Positions 8,338-18,455 of a DNA stretch of 29,000 nt are shown one piece after another. The first letter of the stretch is position 1. Every line of letters starts with the position of its first letter. This DNA comes from a virus (Duplodnaviria > Caudoviricetes). Made by a program: the position numbers and the translations under genes. The notes below the pieces were generated by a model. That model made no database searches. It was not told where the DNA came from and was given only the letters and a program-made list of their open reading frames with translations. The DNA is taken from positions 1-29,000 of the IMG/VR virus record IMGVR_UViG_3300033067_000558. One strand, given 5' to 3'.

Positions 8338-9996
8338 TTATTGTATCCCATTTTGTTGGTATAATTGGGCGCGTAACTGGTCTAATTGATTTTTTTTATC
8401 AGGAGCCTTAGTTATTGCATTTTGATACATAGTATCTATCTGATCTTTAGACATTGTTTGAGTATTATTGCCCAATCCATTTTTAGATAAAATATTCTTA
8501 TATTCTTGGCTAGGAAGTATTAATTTTATACCTGAATTTGGAGGTAAATTATCTGTCCATAATTTTTCTTTTGCTTCTTGTTTAGCTTGAAAATTATCTG
8601 CAATATGATTAACTAATACTAATGCTTGTTTTACTTCCCAAGGAGCCAATTGTTCATTTTGGCCGGATAAATAAGATTTAACTTTCTTACTTAAAGTACC
8701 TAATCCATAAGAAGCTAAAGTATTGTTTAAATCATTGTCATTTAAAACCCCAGGCCCATTATATAGCCTAGCTATTTTATATCGTAATCCAGCTAAAGCA
8801 GTTGGATTAGAGTCTCCTTTATTAAATGCATCATTGGCTTCTTTTGCCATTATTTGAACTTGACCCAATGTTTCCATATTGTCTATATATGTTTTAGATG
8901 ATTTGTGTAATGCGTTATTATAAGATAAATTTAATTGTGCTTGTTGATAAGGAGTCATTGGAGTATTACCAGATAATTGTTGTTTAGCTTTTTCAACAGC
9001 TAAAGTAGCTTGAACATTTTTAGCATCTTCTGCAGTTATTTCATTTTGTATTTGCTGTACAACATCACTTCCAGCACCATATTTTTTCACAGCTTCTTGT
9101 TTAGCTATATTTAATTGATTCATTTTATCATCAGTTAAAGCAGCTATACCTTGATTAGCATATAACATATTTTCAGGAGATCCTAAACCAGTTAATAATA
9201 ATCCCATAGCTTGTGCTTGAGGACCATATGTTTTAGGGATATCAGGACCTAATACTTTTTGTAACATAGGTAATGCTTGCTGATACATTGCTGGTTGTTG
9301 ATCTGCTGGGGCATTAGCAATAGCAGTTGCAAACCTAGAACCTAGTTTATAAGTATCTAACATTGCTTGATCAAGTGCAGTAGGTAATTGTGCTTTCATT
9401 ACATCATTTTGCATAATACTGTTATCTAACTGTAATTTCATTGCATGAAAAGCAATAGCTTTTTCTGGGTCTGCAGTTTTAAGATAATCAATAACCCCGT
9501 CATATCCGCCTTGTTGTGCAGCATCAGCCATTCCTTGTTGTATTGTTTGCTGATCTTCAAATGTTTTAGTTTTCATAGAAGCATCATTTAAATCTATTCC
9601 TAATCTAGCTTGAGCAATTTTAACAAAATCTTGTTTAACTCCTAATTCAGCTTTAGAAATACCAAGTTCTTCATTGGCTCTTTGATTTTTAGCAGCATTT
9701 AGTTGGTAGTCTTGTAAGGCTTGTGCACCTTTAACATATCCACCTAAATCTGGGCCTAAATTACCTACTCCTGGGACAAAAGTTGTACCTCCTGTATATG
9801 GAGGAGGAGTTGCGGAAATAGGAATAGAATTAGGCATGGCAAAACTTTGTTGAGATATAGGAGTTGTGTTATTTCCAGGCACAGGACTAGCATCAGGTTG
9901 ATCAGGATTAGAAGGCATAATACCGCCAGTATTATTGTTTTGTGATTGTTGCATATAATAATCACTTAGATTATTAAATATTTTTGATTGTGTCAT
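8338..9996 (-). CDS. Putative DNA ejection / internal virion protein (552 aa)
   Basis: Gln/Ala-rich helical protein with a Pro-rich N-terminus, between two other ejection-like genes; GGAG RBS. Confidence 0.65.
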   Translation of the reverse strand: MTQSKIFNNLSDYYMQQSQNNNTGGIMPSNPDQPDASPVPGNNTTPISQQSFAMPNSIPISATPPPYTGGTTFVPGVGNLGPDLGGYVKGAQALQDYQLNAAKNQRANEELGISKAELGVKQDFVKIAQARLGIDLNDASMKTKTFEDQQTIQQGMADAAQQGGYDGVIDYLKTADPEKAIAFHAMKLQLDNSIMQNDVMKAQLPTALDQAMLDTYKLGSRFATAIANAPADQQPAMYQQALPMLQKVLGPDIPKTYGPQAQAMGLLLTGLGSPENMLYANQGIAALTDDKMNQLNIAKQEAVKKYGAGSDVVQQIQNEITAEDAKNVQATLAVEKAKQQLSGNTPMTPYQQAQLNLSYNNALHKSSKTYIDNMETLGQVQIMAKEANDAFNKGDSNPTALAGLRYKIARLYNGPGVLNDNDLNNTLASYGLGTLSKKVKSYLSGQNEQLAPWEVKQALVLVNHIADNFQAKQEAKEKLWTDNLPPNSGIKLILPSQEYKNILSKNGLGNNTQTMSKDQIDTMYQNAITKAPDKKNQLDQLRAQLYQQNGIQ

Positions 9997-10009
9997 TCTA
10001 ACCTAACTC

Positions 10010-11560
10010 CTATAAATTAAGGCCACTTAAACTAACTGGATTACCAGGATTAGACACCCCTCCTACTGGCAATATATTGTATCCTCCTCCGCCCCCTGCA
10101 AAAGTATTTCCTGCCTGTTGATTTTGAAATACTTGATAATTTTGTTGATTTTGCAGTGTTTGTGCATTCATATATGCAGGACCAGAGGCAATAGCTTGTT
10201 GTGCCATTTGTCCTTGCTGTGCTTGATAAGCAGTAAGAGCGGCATTTTGAGCAGCAACATTAGCTGCAGTGGCATTATATGTAGCCTCACCTGCATTATT
10301 AAGACTATTAGCATATTGATTACCAATATTGCCGTATGTTTGCATGGCTGCACCACCAGCCATTGTATATAATGAAGATAAATCTTTACCTTCATTCACA
10401 TAATTTGAGGCTATTTGTCCTTGTGCTGGCAATCCTTGTGTCGCAATACTAGCAAGATTAGACAATGCTTGTTGAAATGTAGTGTCACCTAATTGTTGTC
10501 CAAATTGAGTTAATGCCATAGCAGTATTGCCGCTCATTAAATTACCATGTGCTAAAGCAGATCTTTGTATTGCTTGGGAACCTTGATCAAAAGTAAATTG
10601 ATATCCAGGAGTTGCCTCTAATTGTGCTTTTACATCTCCAGGTGAGATAGTTTGAGGTGCTTCTGTTCCATAAGCTCTATCAAACTGATTATAAATATTA
10701 TCAATAGATGAGTCATGAATAGCATTTTGAGCAGCCTTTAATTGATCTGCTTGTTGCTGTTGTTGGTAATTAGCCATGTCAGTTTGATATTTTGCTTTTG
10801 CATTTGCTGCTAATTGATCTACTTGTTTTTGTTGCTCATTAGTTAAATTAGCTCCACCATTAAATCCAGTAGGAACAGATCCAGTATATCCAATATCTTT
10901 TAACCATTGATTGTATTGAGCATAGTATTGCGCATTATAGTTAGGGTCTTGAGCACCTTTTTTAACATCATAGACTGGTTTATCTGGAGGAGCCCCAGGA
11001 GCAGCAGCACTTTGAACTTGCCCTATCTTAGCACTTTGTAGAGCATTTAATATTTGTTGTTTTGCAGCAGCACGTTGATTAGGATCAGTTAATTGTTCTG
11101 CAGCAGTTAATTGTTTTTGTAGTTCAGGAAAATCACCTATATTTGCTAAAGCATCCCCTATTCCTGCAGATTGAGACATAGCTGGCAAGCCCATCCATTG
11201 TAATTCCCTATTAAGTGCATCTTGTCCAGCTTGTGCAGTCCCTGCTAATTTATAGTTTGCTTGAGCATAATTATTATTAATAGTGCCGATAGCTTGGGCA
11301 ATAGAAGCCCCATACATATCTAACCCTTGAGTATAATAATCTTTAGAAGTGGCTGCTGCTTGTTTAAAATAATTAATTGCATTTGTAGGGTCTATTTGTG
11401 CAACTGATATTCCTTGACCTCCTTTATATCCTTTCTTAATAGTAGCAGAAGTTACCCCGGGAATACTAGTATCAGGCTGAGCAGTTGGAGGAGTCCCCAT
11501 AATTGCTTTAGCTGCCAATCCCCCTGCTAATGACCCTAATGCTCCCACTGCTGCTGGCAT
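10010..11560 (-). CDS. DNA transfer/ejection protein, P22 gp7-like
   Basis: TPGYQFTFDQGSQAIQRSALAHGNLMSGNTAMALTQFGQQL resembles the conserved block of gp7-like DNA transfer proteins; Gly/Ala-rich N-terminus; follows the GNAT gene. Confidence 0.75.
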   Translation of the reverse strand: MPAAVGALGSLAGGLAAKAIMGTPPTAQPDTSIPGVTSATIKKGYKGGQGISVAQIDPTNAINYFKQAAATSKDYYTQGLDMYGASIAQAIGTINNNYAQANYKLAGTAQAGQDALNRELQWMGLPAMSQSAGIGDALANIGDFPELQKQLTAAEQLTDPNQRAAAKQQILNALQSAKIGQVQSAAAPGAPPDKPVYDVKKGAQDPNYNAQYYAQYNQWLKDIGYTGSVPTGFNGGANLTNEQQKQVDQLAANAKAKYQTDMANYQQQQQADQLKAAQNAIHDSSIDNIYNQFDRAYGTEAPQTISPGDVKAQLEATPGYQFTFDQGSQAIQRSALAHGNLMSGNTAMALTQFGQQLGDTTFQQALSNLASIATQGLPAQGQIASNYVNEGKDLSSLYTMAGGAAMQTYGNIGNQYANSLNNAGEATYNATAANVAAQNAALTAYQAQQGQMAQQAIASGPAYMNAQTLQNQQNYQVFQNQQAGNTFAGGGGGYNILPVGGVSNPGNPVSLSGLNL

Positions 11561-11562
11561 AA

Positions 11563-12048
11563 TTATTTCTCCGCTAAGATAAGACCGTATATTTCTAAAT
11601 CAACTACTTTGTTTCGCCATACTACTGCATTTTTGAGACTTCCTTCTTTTACAAAACCATATCGTTCTGCTGCTTTTATTACTTGTGGAGAAGTGCTTGT
11701 TGCAAATGCAATTACTTTCCTAATTTTAGTATTTGTTATTAAATGATTATACATCAAATCATATATTTCTTGTAGTTTATCACCTTGTTGTCTATGTTGA
11801 TAGATACTTTTTAAATAGATGTGAACAACTATTGCTATTTGTGTAAAATATTCCCACCTAATAACAGCAATAGAATTATTTTCATTATCTACAACTTCTA
11901 TAAAATTAGAACCTGTATCACATACAAATTCTTTATGTTCATATAAATGAATTATCTCATCATCCGGTAATGCTAATGTTAATAAATCAGGATCAGATAA
12001 AAAAAACTGAGTCAATCCTTCATTTGTTATTTCTCTAAATTTCATCAT
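11563..12048 (-). CDS. GNAT-fold acetyltransferase-like virion assembly protein
   Basis: VHIYLKSIYQHRQQG and VIKAAERYGFVKEGSLKNAV are RimJ/RimL-like GNAT motifs; position before the ejection genes is typical of podoviruses. Confidence 0.8.
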   Translation of the reverse strand: MMKFREITNEGLTQFFLSDPDLLTLALPDDEIIHLYEHKEFVCDTGSNFIEVVDNENNSIAVIRWEYFTQIAIVVHIYLKSIYQHRQQGDKLQEIYDLMYNHLITNTKIRKVIAFATSTSPQVIKAAERYGFVKEGSLKNAVVWRNKVVDLEIYGLILAEK

Positions 12049-13394
12049 TATGGTAATCTTATCGCATAGGCTTTAACATTACCTGTTGTAGTGCCCGCAC
12101 CCCATACTCCCTTAGCATTAAAATATACAGTAGTATTGGAATTAACAGAAAATAATCTAGTAGGCACGGGCAATGCTAATGATTGATTTGCCGATATGCC
12201 GAGTATTAAAGAAGCATTAACATCACTATATGTCGCAGTAGTTGTATCAATTGCGCAGGATAAATTTGTTAAATTAGCACCACTATTAACTATATTGATA
12301 TTCCCAAATACCATCCAATTGCCAGCAGTTAAAGTTAAGGAGGTTAGTTGATATGTTGTTGCTGAGGAGGCCATCGCAACACTAGTAACAATAGATTGCA
12401 AAATCTCTCCTACATAACCTGCAGCAGGAGAAGTCGCATCTGTAGCTCCTTTAATTAATACCCCTTTTGTACCTTGACTATTCAATACTAATGATATATT
12501 AGAATCAGAACCATTTGCACTTATTATCGGATTAGCTCCTGTAGCATTATTAGTAAAGTTTGTATAATTAACAGCGTTTGCAGTAGAAATGAATGATATA
12601 TGGGTATTGCCATTAGAGTCATATATATAAGGATTTACATTGTTTAATCTTATATTTTTTTGCATAGATATGTTTCCAGTTCCTTTAGGATCAAGAAACA
12701 ATGAAATATTACTATCAGAACCAGCACATTGAATATATGGGCCTTGTCCTGTAGCATTATTATAAAAAATAAGATAATTAACTGCGGAGGCATTTTTAGA
12801 AAAAAGCGCTATATTATTGCCTGCAGTATCTTTAAATGGAAAGCCTTCTGTCATAAACCGCACGGAGTTATATAGTTTAACTCCTCCTGTAGAAGTAGCT
12901 CCTAATATTATTGTACCTGTAGCCCCTGCGTCTAATTTTAAATCCCCTGATCCTTTAGATGTTATAGAAGTTGCAATATTAGTATCTGATCCTGTAGCAT
13001 AAAAATTTAGAGTACCTGCTGTAGAAGCATTACTAATTGTCCAATAATTTACAGAATTAGAAACAGAAGAAAATTTAAGAATAAGCTTTCCATTAGTATC
13101 ATATAAATCTGTAGAAGTAGGATTTATACCTGGGACACTCCATAATATATTCCCATCGCTATCTTTACAAATAATATCAGTAGCTGCATTAATAGCGCAT
13201 ACTGCTTTACCTTCTGAATCTAATGTTACAGGCCATGTATTAGCATTAGTGCCAGCATTTGCGTCCGCTGTGGTAGGATATGTGGCTTGATGAGTTGAAG
13301 TACCTGCAACATATGCTTCTAAAGTTCCACTCGCAGCAAAGCTTCCATCAGATTTAAATGCTTGAACTAAGCCACCATTTATATATAATGTCAT
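12048..13394 (-). CDS. Tail fibre/spike-like protein with virion-attachment N-terminus and three internal repeats
   Basis: N-terminal GTLEAYVAGTSTHQATY...PVTLDSEGKA; three ~58-aa repeats (VNY...N..TG....GSD.NI); AAGYVGE motif before a beta-rich C-terminal domain. Confidence 0.72.
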   Translation of the reverse strand: MTLYINGGLVQAFKSDGSFAASGTLEAYVAGTSTHQATYPTTADANAGTNANTWPVTLDSEGKAVCAINAATDIICKDSDGNILWSVPGINPTSTDLYDTNGKLILKFSSVSNSVNYWTISNASTAGTLNFYATGSDTNIATSITSKGSGDLKLDAGATGTIILGATSTGGVKLYNSVRFMTEGFPFKDTAGNNIALFSKNASAVNYLIFYNNATGQGPYIQCAGSDSNISLFLDPKGTGNISMQKNIRLNNVNPYIYDSNGNTHISFISTANAVNYTNFTNNATGANPIISANGSDSNISLVLNSQGTKGVLIKGATDATSPAAGYVGEILQSIVTSVAMASSATTYQLTSLTLTAGNWMVFGNINIVNSGANLTNLSCAIDTTTATYSDVNASLILGISANQSLALPVPTRLFSVNSNTTVYFNAKGVWGAGTTTGNVKAYAIRLP

Positions 13395-14872
13395 GTTTCT
13401 ACCTCAGTATTTGCCCATGCATTGACTAGTGTTAATGCTACAGGAGAAGACATACTAATTTCTATTAATAAAGATCTTGATGTTATTCCAAGATTCCAAG
13501 AGAAAAAACTACCATATTCTCCAGTACTCAATTCTCTCCATAAAGTAGCAGACCAATTATGCCCATTATCTTTTGAATACTTAACTCCTAACATAGCTGA
13601 TGTATAATCACCTACTATAGGAATATCTATAATACCTACTTTAATAAATAATTGTTGTAATGTAACATATTTTAAATCAGTTGGCTGATATAAATAAGGC
13701 AATATTTTATTTCTCCTAATTAATACCCCATTGTCATCATAATAGTTTTCAGATAAAACATATATATTGCCATCCCTTAAACCACTAGCAATTTTAACAT
13801 TATTAATCTCTGACACAAATTGAAATATAGAATGTTCTTGCTCTTCTAGAAACTCATTATAATATGCTTGTTGGTGCCATAACTGTGTTGTAGAATTATA
13901 CACCCATGTTACTTTTTCAGTGGGAAAACTCCATTGTAGCATTATATGGCCACGATCATTATAGACACATCCAATAGCATCACTAATTGTACCATAAGAT
14001 TTAATAGCATGGGTAATTGCTTCTGTAGCAATTATATTTAATTGATACCCTGAATTAGTAGCTCTCACAAGAGCAGAAGGACCAGTTTCACTTATATATG
14101 CTCTACTGTCTAACCAAACTAAATTATCATTAACATTAAGAGTAGAAAAAGGAGCAAGATTACCTGTATTTAAAGCCAATCCTACTCTAAGAGAGAAAGG
14201 AAATCCAGTTGGATTCCCGGCATTATACCATATTTCAGCAGATTCAGGGCCTATCATCCATAATTCTTCCCTTGATACTGCTAATTTAATTACATTATCT
14301 GATTTAGTTTCTGCAGTAGCTTTGTTTAAAGCATTCCATGAAAGACCATTATTTATATCACTTGCATATACTAGGCCAGTACCATCACTATTAACAAAGA
14401 AATAACCACCAGTACATACCACACTAGTAGGATTACTAGGGAAATCAGCATCAACTATTTGAGAGTATGTTGCAGTTTGATCATTATAAATATACCCATT
14501 AGTGCCATCTACCCACATTATTTGTGAATCATTATATGCTACATCTACATAAGTAGTTAAATTAGCAATAGTATAGCTTGAAACAATAGAGGCTGTTAAA
14601 TTAACTGTATCAATACTTAATTTATAAATAGTATCATTAGTAGTTACATATAGATAATTACGTACATAGATTTGAGATCTAATGCCTCTTACACCTAAGT
14701 TTAAAATAGATTTTACACCGGCAGTTAATCTAAGAACAGAAGGAATATTGTTTTCATTAGGGGCTCCTCTGCCAAATGGGCCAGCAGGTGCACTATAAAA
14801 ATTTACACATTTTTGATTGTTAATATCAACATCAATATCATTATATGCACCTGTTGCTAAATTAAGTTGCAT
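13391..14872 (-). CDS. Tail hub/nozzle protein (P22 gp10-like packaged-DNA stabilisation protein)
   Basis: VDGTNGYIY, ATAETKSDNV, ELWMIGPESAEIWYNAG, TWVYNSTTQLWH and YSKDNGHNWS; size and position fit. Confidence 0.85.
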   Translation of the reverse strand: MQLNLATGAYNDIDVDINNQKCVNFYSAPAGPFGRGAPNENNIPSVLRLTAGVKSILNLGVRGIRSQIYVRNYLYVTTNDTIYKLSIDTVNLTASIVSSYTIANLTTYVDVAYNDSQIMWVDGTNGYIYNDQTATYSQIVDADFPSNPTSVVCTGGYFFVNSDGTGLVYASDINNGLSWNALNKATAETKSDNVIKLAVSREELWMIGPESAEIWYNAGNPTGFPFSLRVGLALNTGNLAPFSTLNVNDNLVWLDSRAYISETGPSALVRATNSGYQLNIIATEAITHAIKSYGTISDAIGCVYNDRGHIMLQWSFPTEKVTWVYNSTTQLWHQQAYYNEFLEEQEHSIFQFVSEINNVKIASGLRDGNIYVLSENYYDDNGVLIRRNKILPYLYQPTDLKYVTLQQLFIKVGIIDIPIVGDYTSAMLGVKYSKDNGHNWSATLWRELSTGEYGSFFSWNLGITSRSLLIEISMSSPVALTLVNAWANTEVET

Positions 14873-15833
14873 CGTCAGGCCTCACATCTAAATACATATT
14901 CTCTTGATCCCATTCGATTAAATCTTTTAGCATTTGAGAAGCCATTGGAGCTAAATCAACTAAAGCAGCAGCACGCCCAAAAGGTCTAGCCAATCTTATT
15001 GCTAATTGATATGTAATACATTCATACCATTCATGAGGTAAATCAAAATTATTTGTATTGATAAGCATATCTGCTAAATCATGAGCAAAAGTAAATTGTA
15101 CTCTATACGAACAATTAGAAGGTCTAGGAAAAACATAAAATGTTCCATCAGTAGTGCCAGGCTTATAACAAGCTTGGTTAATATACTGAGAATTATAAGT
15201 TTTAACCGGAATATTCATATAATTTTCATAAGGTACTAATTCAAAAGGAATTTCTACTTGTGTAGATGTTGCTCCACTATCGTATCCACCAACAAATCTA
15301 GGATAACGGTTTAATTTTAAAGGCTTAGTTAAACTATTAGTATATGTAAATATATAATTATTATCAGAAGCAGCACCTGTTAAAGTACTATTTAACAATA
15401 GACTAGTTGCGCTATTGACTGTATTAATTGTTGTCCAAAATAAAGAATTATCTGTCAACACTATTCCAATTTTATCATTTGCAACCATGCCAGCAGTAGA
15501 ATCAACAATAATAGTTGATACTCCAGAGCTAACAGCACCATTTAATTGTGTCATAATAACATCACTAGCTAATGCTGCATGTTGAGTGCTATTAGGGCCT
15601 ATTGTATATGTACTTTGATATTGATCAAGAAATAATATACCTTCAACAGTTGACCATAGATGAGGGCCTTTTACTGCCCATGCTTTAAGCATTTTATTTA
15701 ACATACTAGTTGCAAATGACATATCAGCACTGCTGATTGTCAATCCATCACCATATGCTGAAATAAGCCTAAATGAATCTTTTATTAATTCATCTTTAGC
15801 TTGAGTATAAGTAAAACTGGTGGACACTGTCAT
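14862..15833 (-). CDS. Head-tail adaptor (P22 gp4 / T7 gp11-like) with an inserted beta domain
   Basis: N-terminal helices (ELIKDSFRLI...LNKMLKAW), YVFPRP, and C-terminal DLPHEWYECITYQLAIRLA; immediately upstream of the hub gene. Confidence 0.78.
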   Translation of the reverse strand: MTVSTSFTYTQAKDELIKDSFRLISAYGDGLTISSADMSFATSMLNKMLKAWAVKGPHLWSTVEGILFLDQYQSTYTIGPNSTQHAALASDVIMTQLNGAVSSGVSTIIVDSTAGMVANDKIGIVLTDNSLFWTTINTVNSATSLLLNSTLTGAASDNNYIFTYTNSLTKPLKLNRYPRFVGGYDSGATSTQVEIPFELVPYENYMNIPVKTYNSQYINQACYKPGTTDGTFYVFPRPSNCSYRVQFTFAHDLADMLINTNNFDLPHEWYECITYQLAIRLARPFGRAAALVDLAPMASQMLKDLIEWDQENMYLDVRPDDAT

Positions 15834-16204
15834 TTAATGGCCCCTATCTTTTCTGCAGTCATTGGAAGTAATTGTTTTCTTAATTCAACTGCTTGAGCTG
15901 TATATTGTTGTAATTTATCTGTATTTCCTTCTCTTAAACTACGTATAGACTGTAAATCAATTTCTTTTAATTTTTCTAAAACAGGATAATTTATTTCTGT
16001 ATTTAAATAAATTTGATAAGCTATTTGTATATCAGGGTCATTTTGAAAAGACATTAATTCCTCTTTTGTTGGCTGAGGAATAGTGTCGATTTCCCAACTT
16101 TTAATATACTCTTCACCCATCTCATTAATTGCTACAGTACACATATGTTCAAAAACTAAATCAGGAAATTTTAATCTTAAAAGATTGTACATAGGTATTA
16201 ACAT
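15830..16204 (-). CDS. Putative tail fibre assembly chaperone (XkdW-like)
   Basis: YIKSWEIDTIPQPTKEEL and LKEIDLQSIRSLRE; directly downstream of the tail fibre. Confidence 0.62.
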   Translation of the reverse strand: MLIPMYNLLRLKFPDLVFEHMCTVAINEMGEEYIKSWEIDTIPQPTKEELMSFQNDPDIQIAYQIYLNTEINYPVLEKLKEIDLQSIRSLREGNTDKLQQYTAQAVELRKQLLPMTAEKIGAIK

Positions 16205-16216
16205 AAAATCTATCCT

Positions 16217-18454
16217 TTAAATTAAATATGACCCAGAAAAATAAATAGTTGAATTATTAGCAAAAGCAGTATCAGTAAGTGTTGTACTTGTACTAGCAGA
16301 TACATAATTTTCAAAAATTACATAATTATTATTAGAAAACATATCACATACAAAATGATTGGCAAAAGTAATATTTATAGGTAATGCCGAAAACATTTGT
16401 GATGGAGAAGTTCGACCAGAGAAAGGTAAGGTTACATTCGCTGCTCCAGTAGAAGATCCTTTATTTGTTAAAGCGATTTTAACAGCCACAAAACAAACAT
16501 TTCCTATTCTAGTATACCAACCTGACTGAGCCGCATATGTTATTCCAGTAGAGCCTCCTCCAAAAGTTAATACCGGAGTATATGTTGAAGTAACATGACC
16601 AGGAATTCCTCCAGAAGTATCTCCTGCTGCAGCATTTGCTAATACAGTAGCAACACTTGTGCCAAGACCACTGACACCAGTTGAAATTGGTAACCCTGTA
16701 CATGATGTAAGAGTGCCCGAGCTAGGTGTTCCTAAAGCTGGAGTCACTAATGTTGGACTTGTAGCTCTAACTAAAGAGCCTGATCCAGTAATATCAGAAG
16801 CAGCAGATGTATAAGCTATCACATTCCATACAGAGGCACCAGTTCCACTAGTTGCATTACTTTGTACAATAAGAGTAGTATTTGCGGCCATTGCTTGAAC
16901 AGTATTAGTGCCTGATGATTGAACAGTAACCACCCCAGTAGATAAATTTGTTATGATGTATTTAGTGCCTAATGCAAGAGTAGAAACAACAGGTAATTTA
17001 CATGTTTGTGTTGTAGATCCAGTAAATACTTGTTGTTCTGTATCACCAACAGCTAGAGTAGTAGTGCCTGCTGCAGTGGCAGTAGAAGTATATCCTTCTA
17101 AAAAATTATTAGCTGAAAGATTCTTATTTGCATCCCATCCAGCAAAAGCAGTTGCAGTAGGGGAAGTTGTAACACTAGTAACATTAGTACCACCGTTACT
17201 AATTCCCAATTGTCCAGTTACACCAGTGGACAATGGAAGTCCTGTACAGCTTGTGAGAGTGCCTGAACTTGGAGTTCCTAATGCTGGAGTAGTTAAGGTT
17301 AAATTAGTTGCTGCTAAACCACTAGGCAACGTTGTACTTATGCTTGGAACACCTCCTGCACTTGTAACTAAAACTCCACTATTAGCTGTTGCTAAGCCTG
17401 CTATAACATTTGCAGATGAACTGTAAAGTAATTGATTTATAGTAGTAGTAGCTGGATGTGTTACTGTAGACCATGCAGGAGCACCACTGGCCCCAGATAA
17501 AAGCATCTGATTTGCAGTAGCTGTGCCACTAAGAATTGCAAATGCACTAGCAGTACTATATACAATACCACCATTAGAAGCTACTAAGCTTGCATTAGTT
17601 CCACCCCTAGTTAGTCCTAATTGTCCTGTCCAGCCTAAAGTAAGACTAGCTGCTTGCATTAATGCAGTTGCAGGAGTGCCTCCTAATGTTAATGTAACAT
17701 TTGTATCATCAACTTTAGTTAATGCAGCTGCGACTGGTAATTGAGCTGTAGTTGCCAAAGTACCACTTGTAGGAAATGTAACTGCTGTATTGTTAGTTAG
17801 TGTTCCTGTGAATGTAAATGCGCCTGAAAGGGTAACACTACCGCCAATTGTGATAGTACTAGCGCCATTATTTACTCCTGTACCACCATATATTCCAGTA
17901 ATTAGTGATCCATTCCATGTTCCAGAAGTAATTGTACCTGTAGATGTAATATTCCCTTGTACTGCAGATGGTAAAGTACTACTAATGCTAGGAACGCCTG
18001 CTCCAGAAGTAATTAAAACTCCATTATTTCCGGTAGTTAGCCCTGTAATTGTATTAGCGGATGAGCTATATAATACTTGATTTATAGTTGTAGTTGCAGG
18101 ATACGTGGCAGTAGACCAAGCAGGAGCAGCAGAACTTCCAGACAATAATGCCTGATTAGCAGTAGCAGTTCCAGAAAGTATTGCTCCTGCAGACCCAGTG
18201 CTATAAAAAATACCTCCATTAGAGGCTGTTAGGCTGGCATTCATACCGCCATTTGTCATAGACAACGGTGTGCCTAATGTTAATGCGCCACTTAAAGACA
18301 GTGCAGCAAATTGAGGAGAACTTGAAGTTGACAATGATTGAGGAAAGGTTATTAATCCAGTAGTACCCGCAATACGTTCACCTACTAGTTTATCTCCTCC
18401 TTGAGCCGCTCCTAGTGGAGTTAAATCTTTAACGGCCTCTACTGTAGTAGTCAT
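16217..18454 (-). CDS. Tail fibre / receptor-binding protein (745 aa)
   Basis: Thr/Ser/Gly/Ala-rich shaft with NGGT-type repeats and internal duplications; C-terminal YTPVL...GWYTRIGNVCFV...TLPF head domain. Confidence 0.85.
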   Translation of the reverse strand: MTTTVEAVKDLTPLGAAQGGDKLVGERIAGTTGLITFPQSLSTSSSPQFAALSLSGALTLGTPLSMTNGGMNASLTASNGGIFYSTGSAGAILSGTATANQALLSGSSAAPAWSTATYPATTTINQVLYSSSANTITGLTTGNNGVLITSGAGVPSISSTLPSAVQGNITSTGTITSGTWNGSLITGIYGGTGVNNGASTITIGGSVTLSGAFTFTGTLTNNTAVTFPTSGTLATTAQLPVAAALTKVDDTNVTLTLGGTPATALMQAASLTLGWTGQLGLTRGGTNASLVASNGGIVYSTASAFAILSGTATANQMLLSGASGAPAWSTVTHPATTTINQLLYSSSANVIAGLATANSGVLVTSAGGVPSISTTLPSGLAATNLTLTTPALGTPSSGTLTSCTGLPLSTGVTGQLGISNGGTNVTSVTTSPTATAFAGWDANKNLSANNFLEGYTSTATAAGTTTLAVGDTEQQVFTGSTTQTCKLPVVSTLALGTKYIITNLSTGVVTVQSSGTNTVQAMAANTTLIVQSNATSGTGASVWNVIAYTSAASDITGSGSLVRATSPTLVTPALGTPSSGTLTSCTGLPISTGVSGLGTSVATVLANAAAGDTSGGIPGHVTSTYTPVLTFGGGSTGITYAAQSGWYTRIGNVCFVAVKIALTNKGSSTGAANVTLPFSGRTSPSQMFSALPINITFANHFVCDMFSNNNYVIFENYVSASTSTTLTDTAFANNSTIYFSGSYLI

Positions 18455-18455
18455 C

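Noticed and set aside
16217-16520. Diversity-generating retroelement target at the tail fibre C-terminus
   Set aside because: No second near-identical copy differing at adenines and no reverse transcriptase seen in the window.
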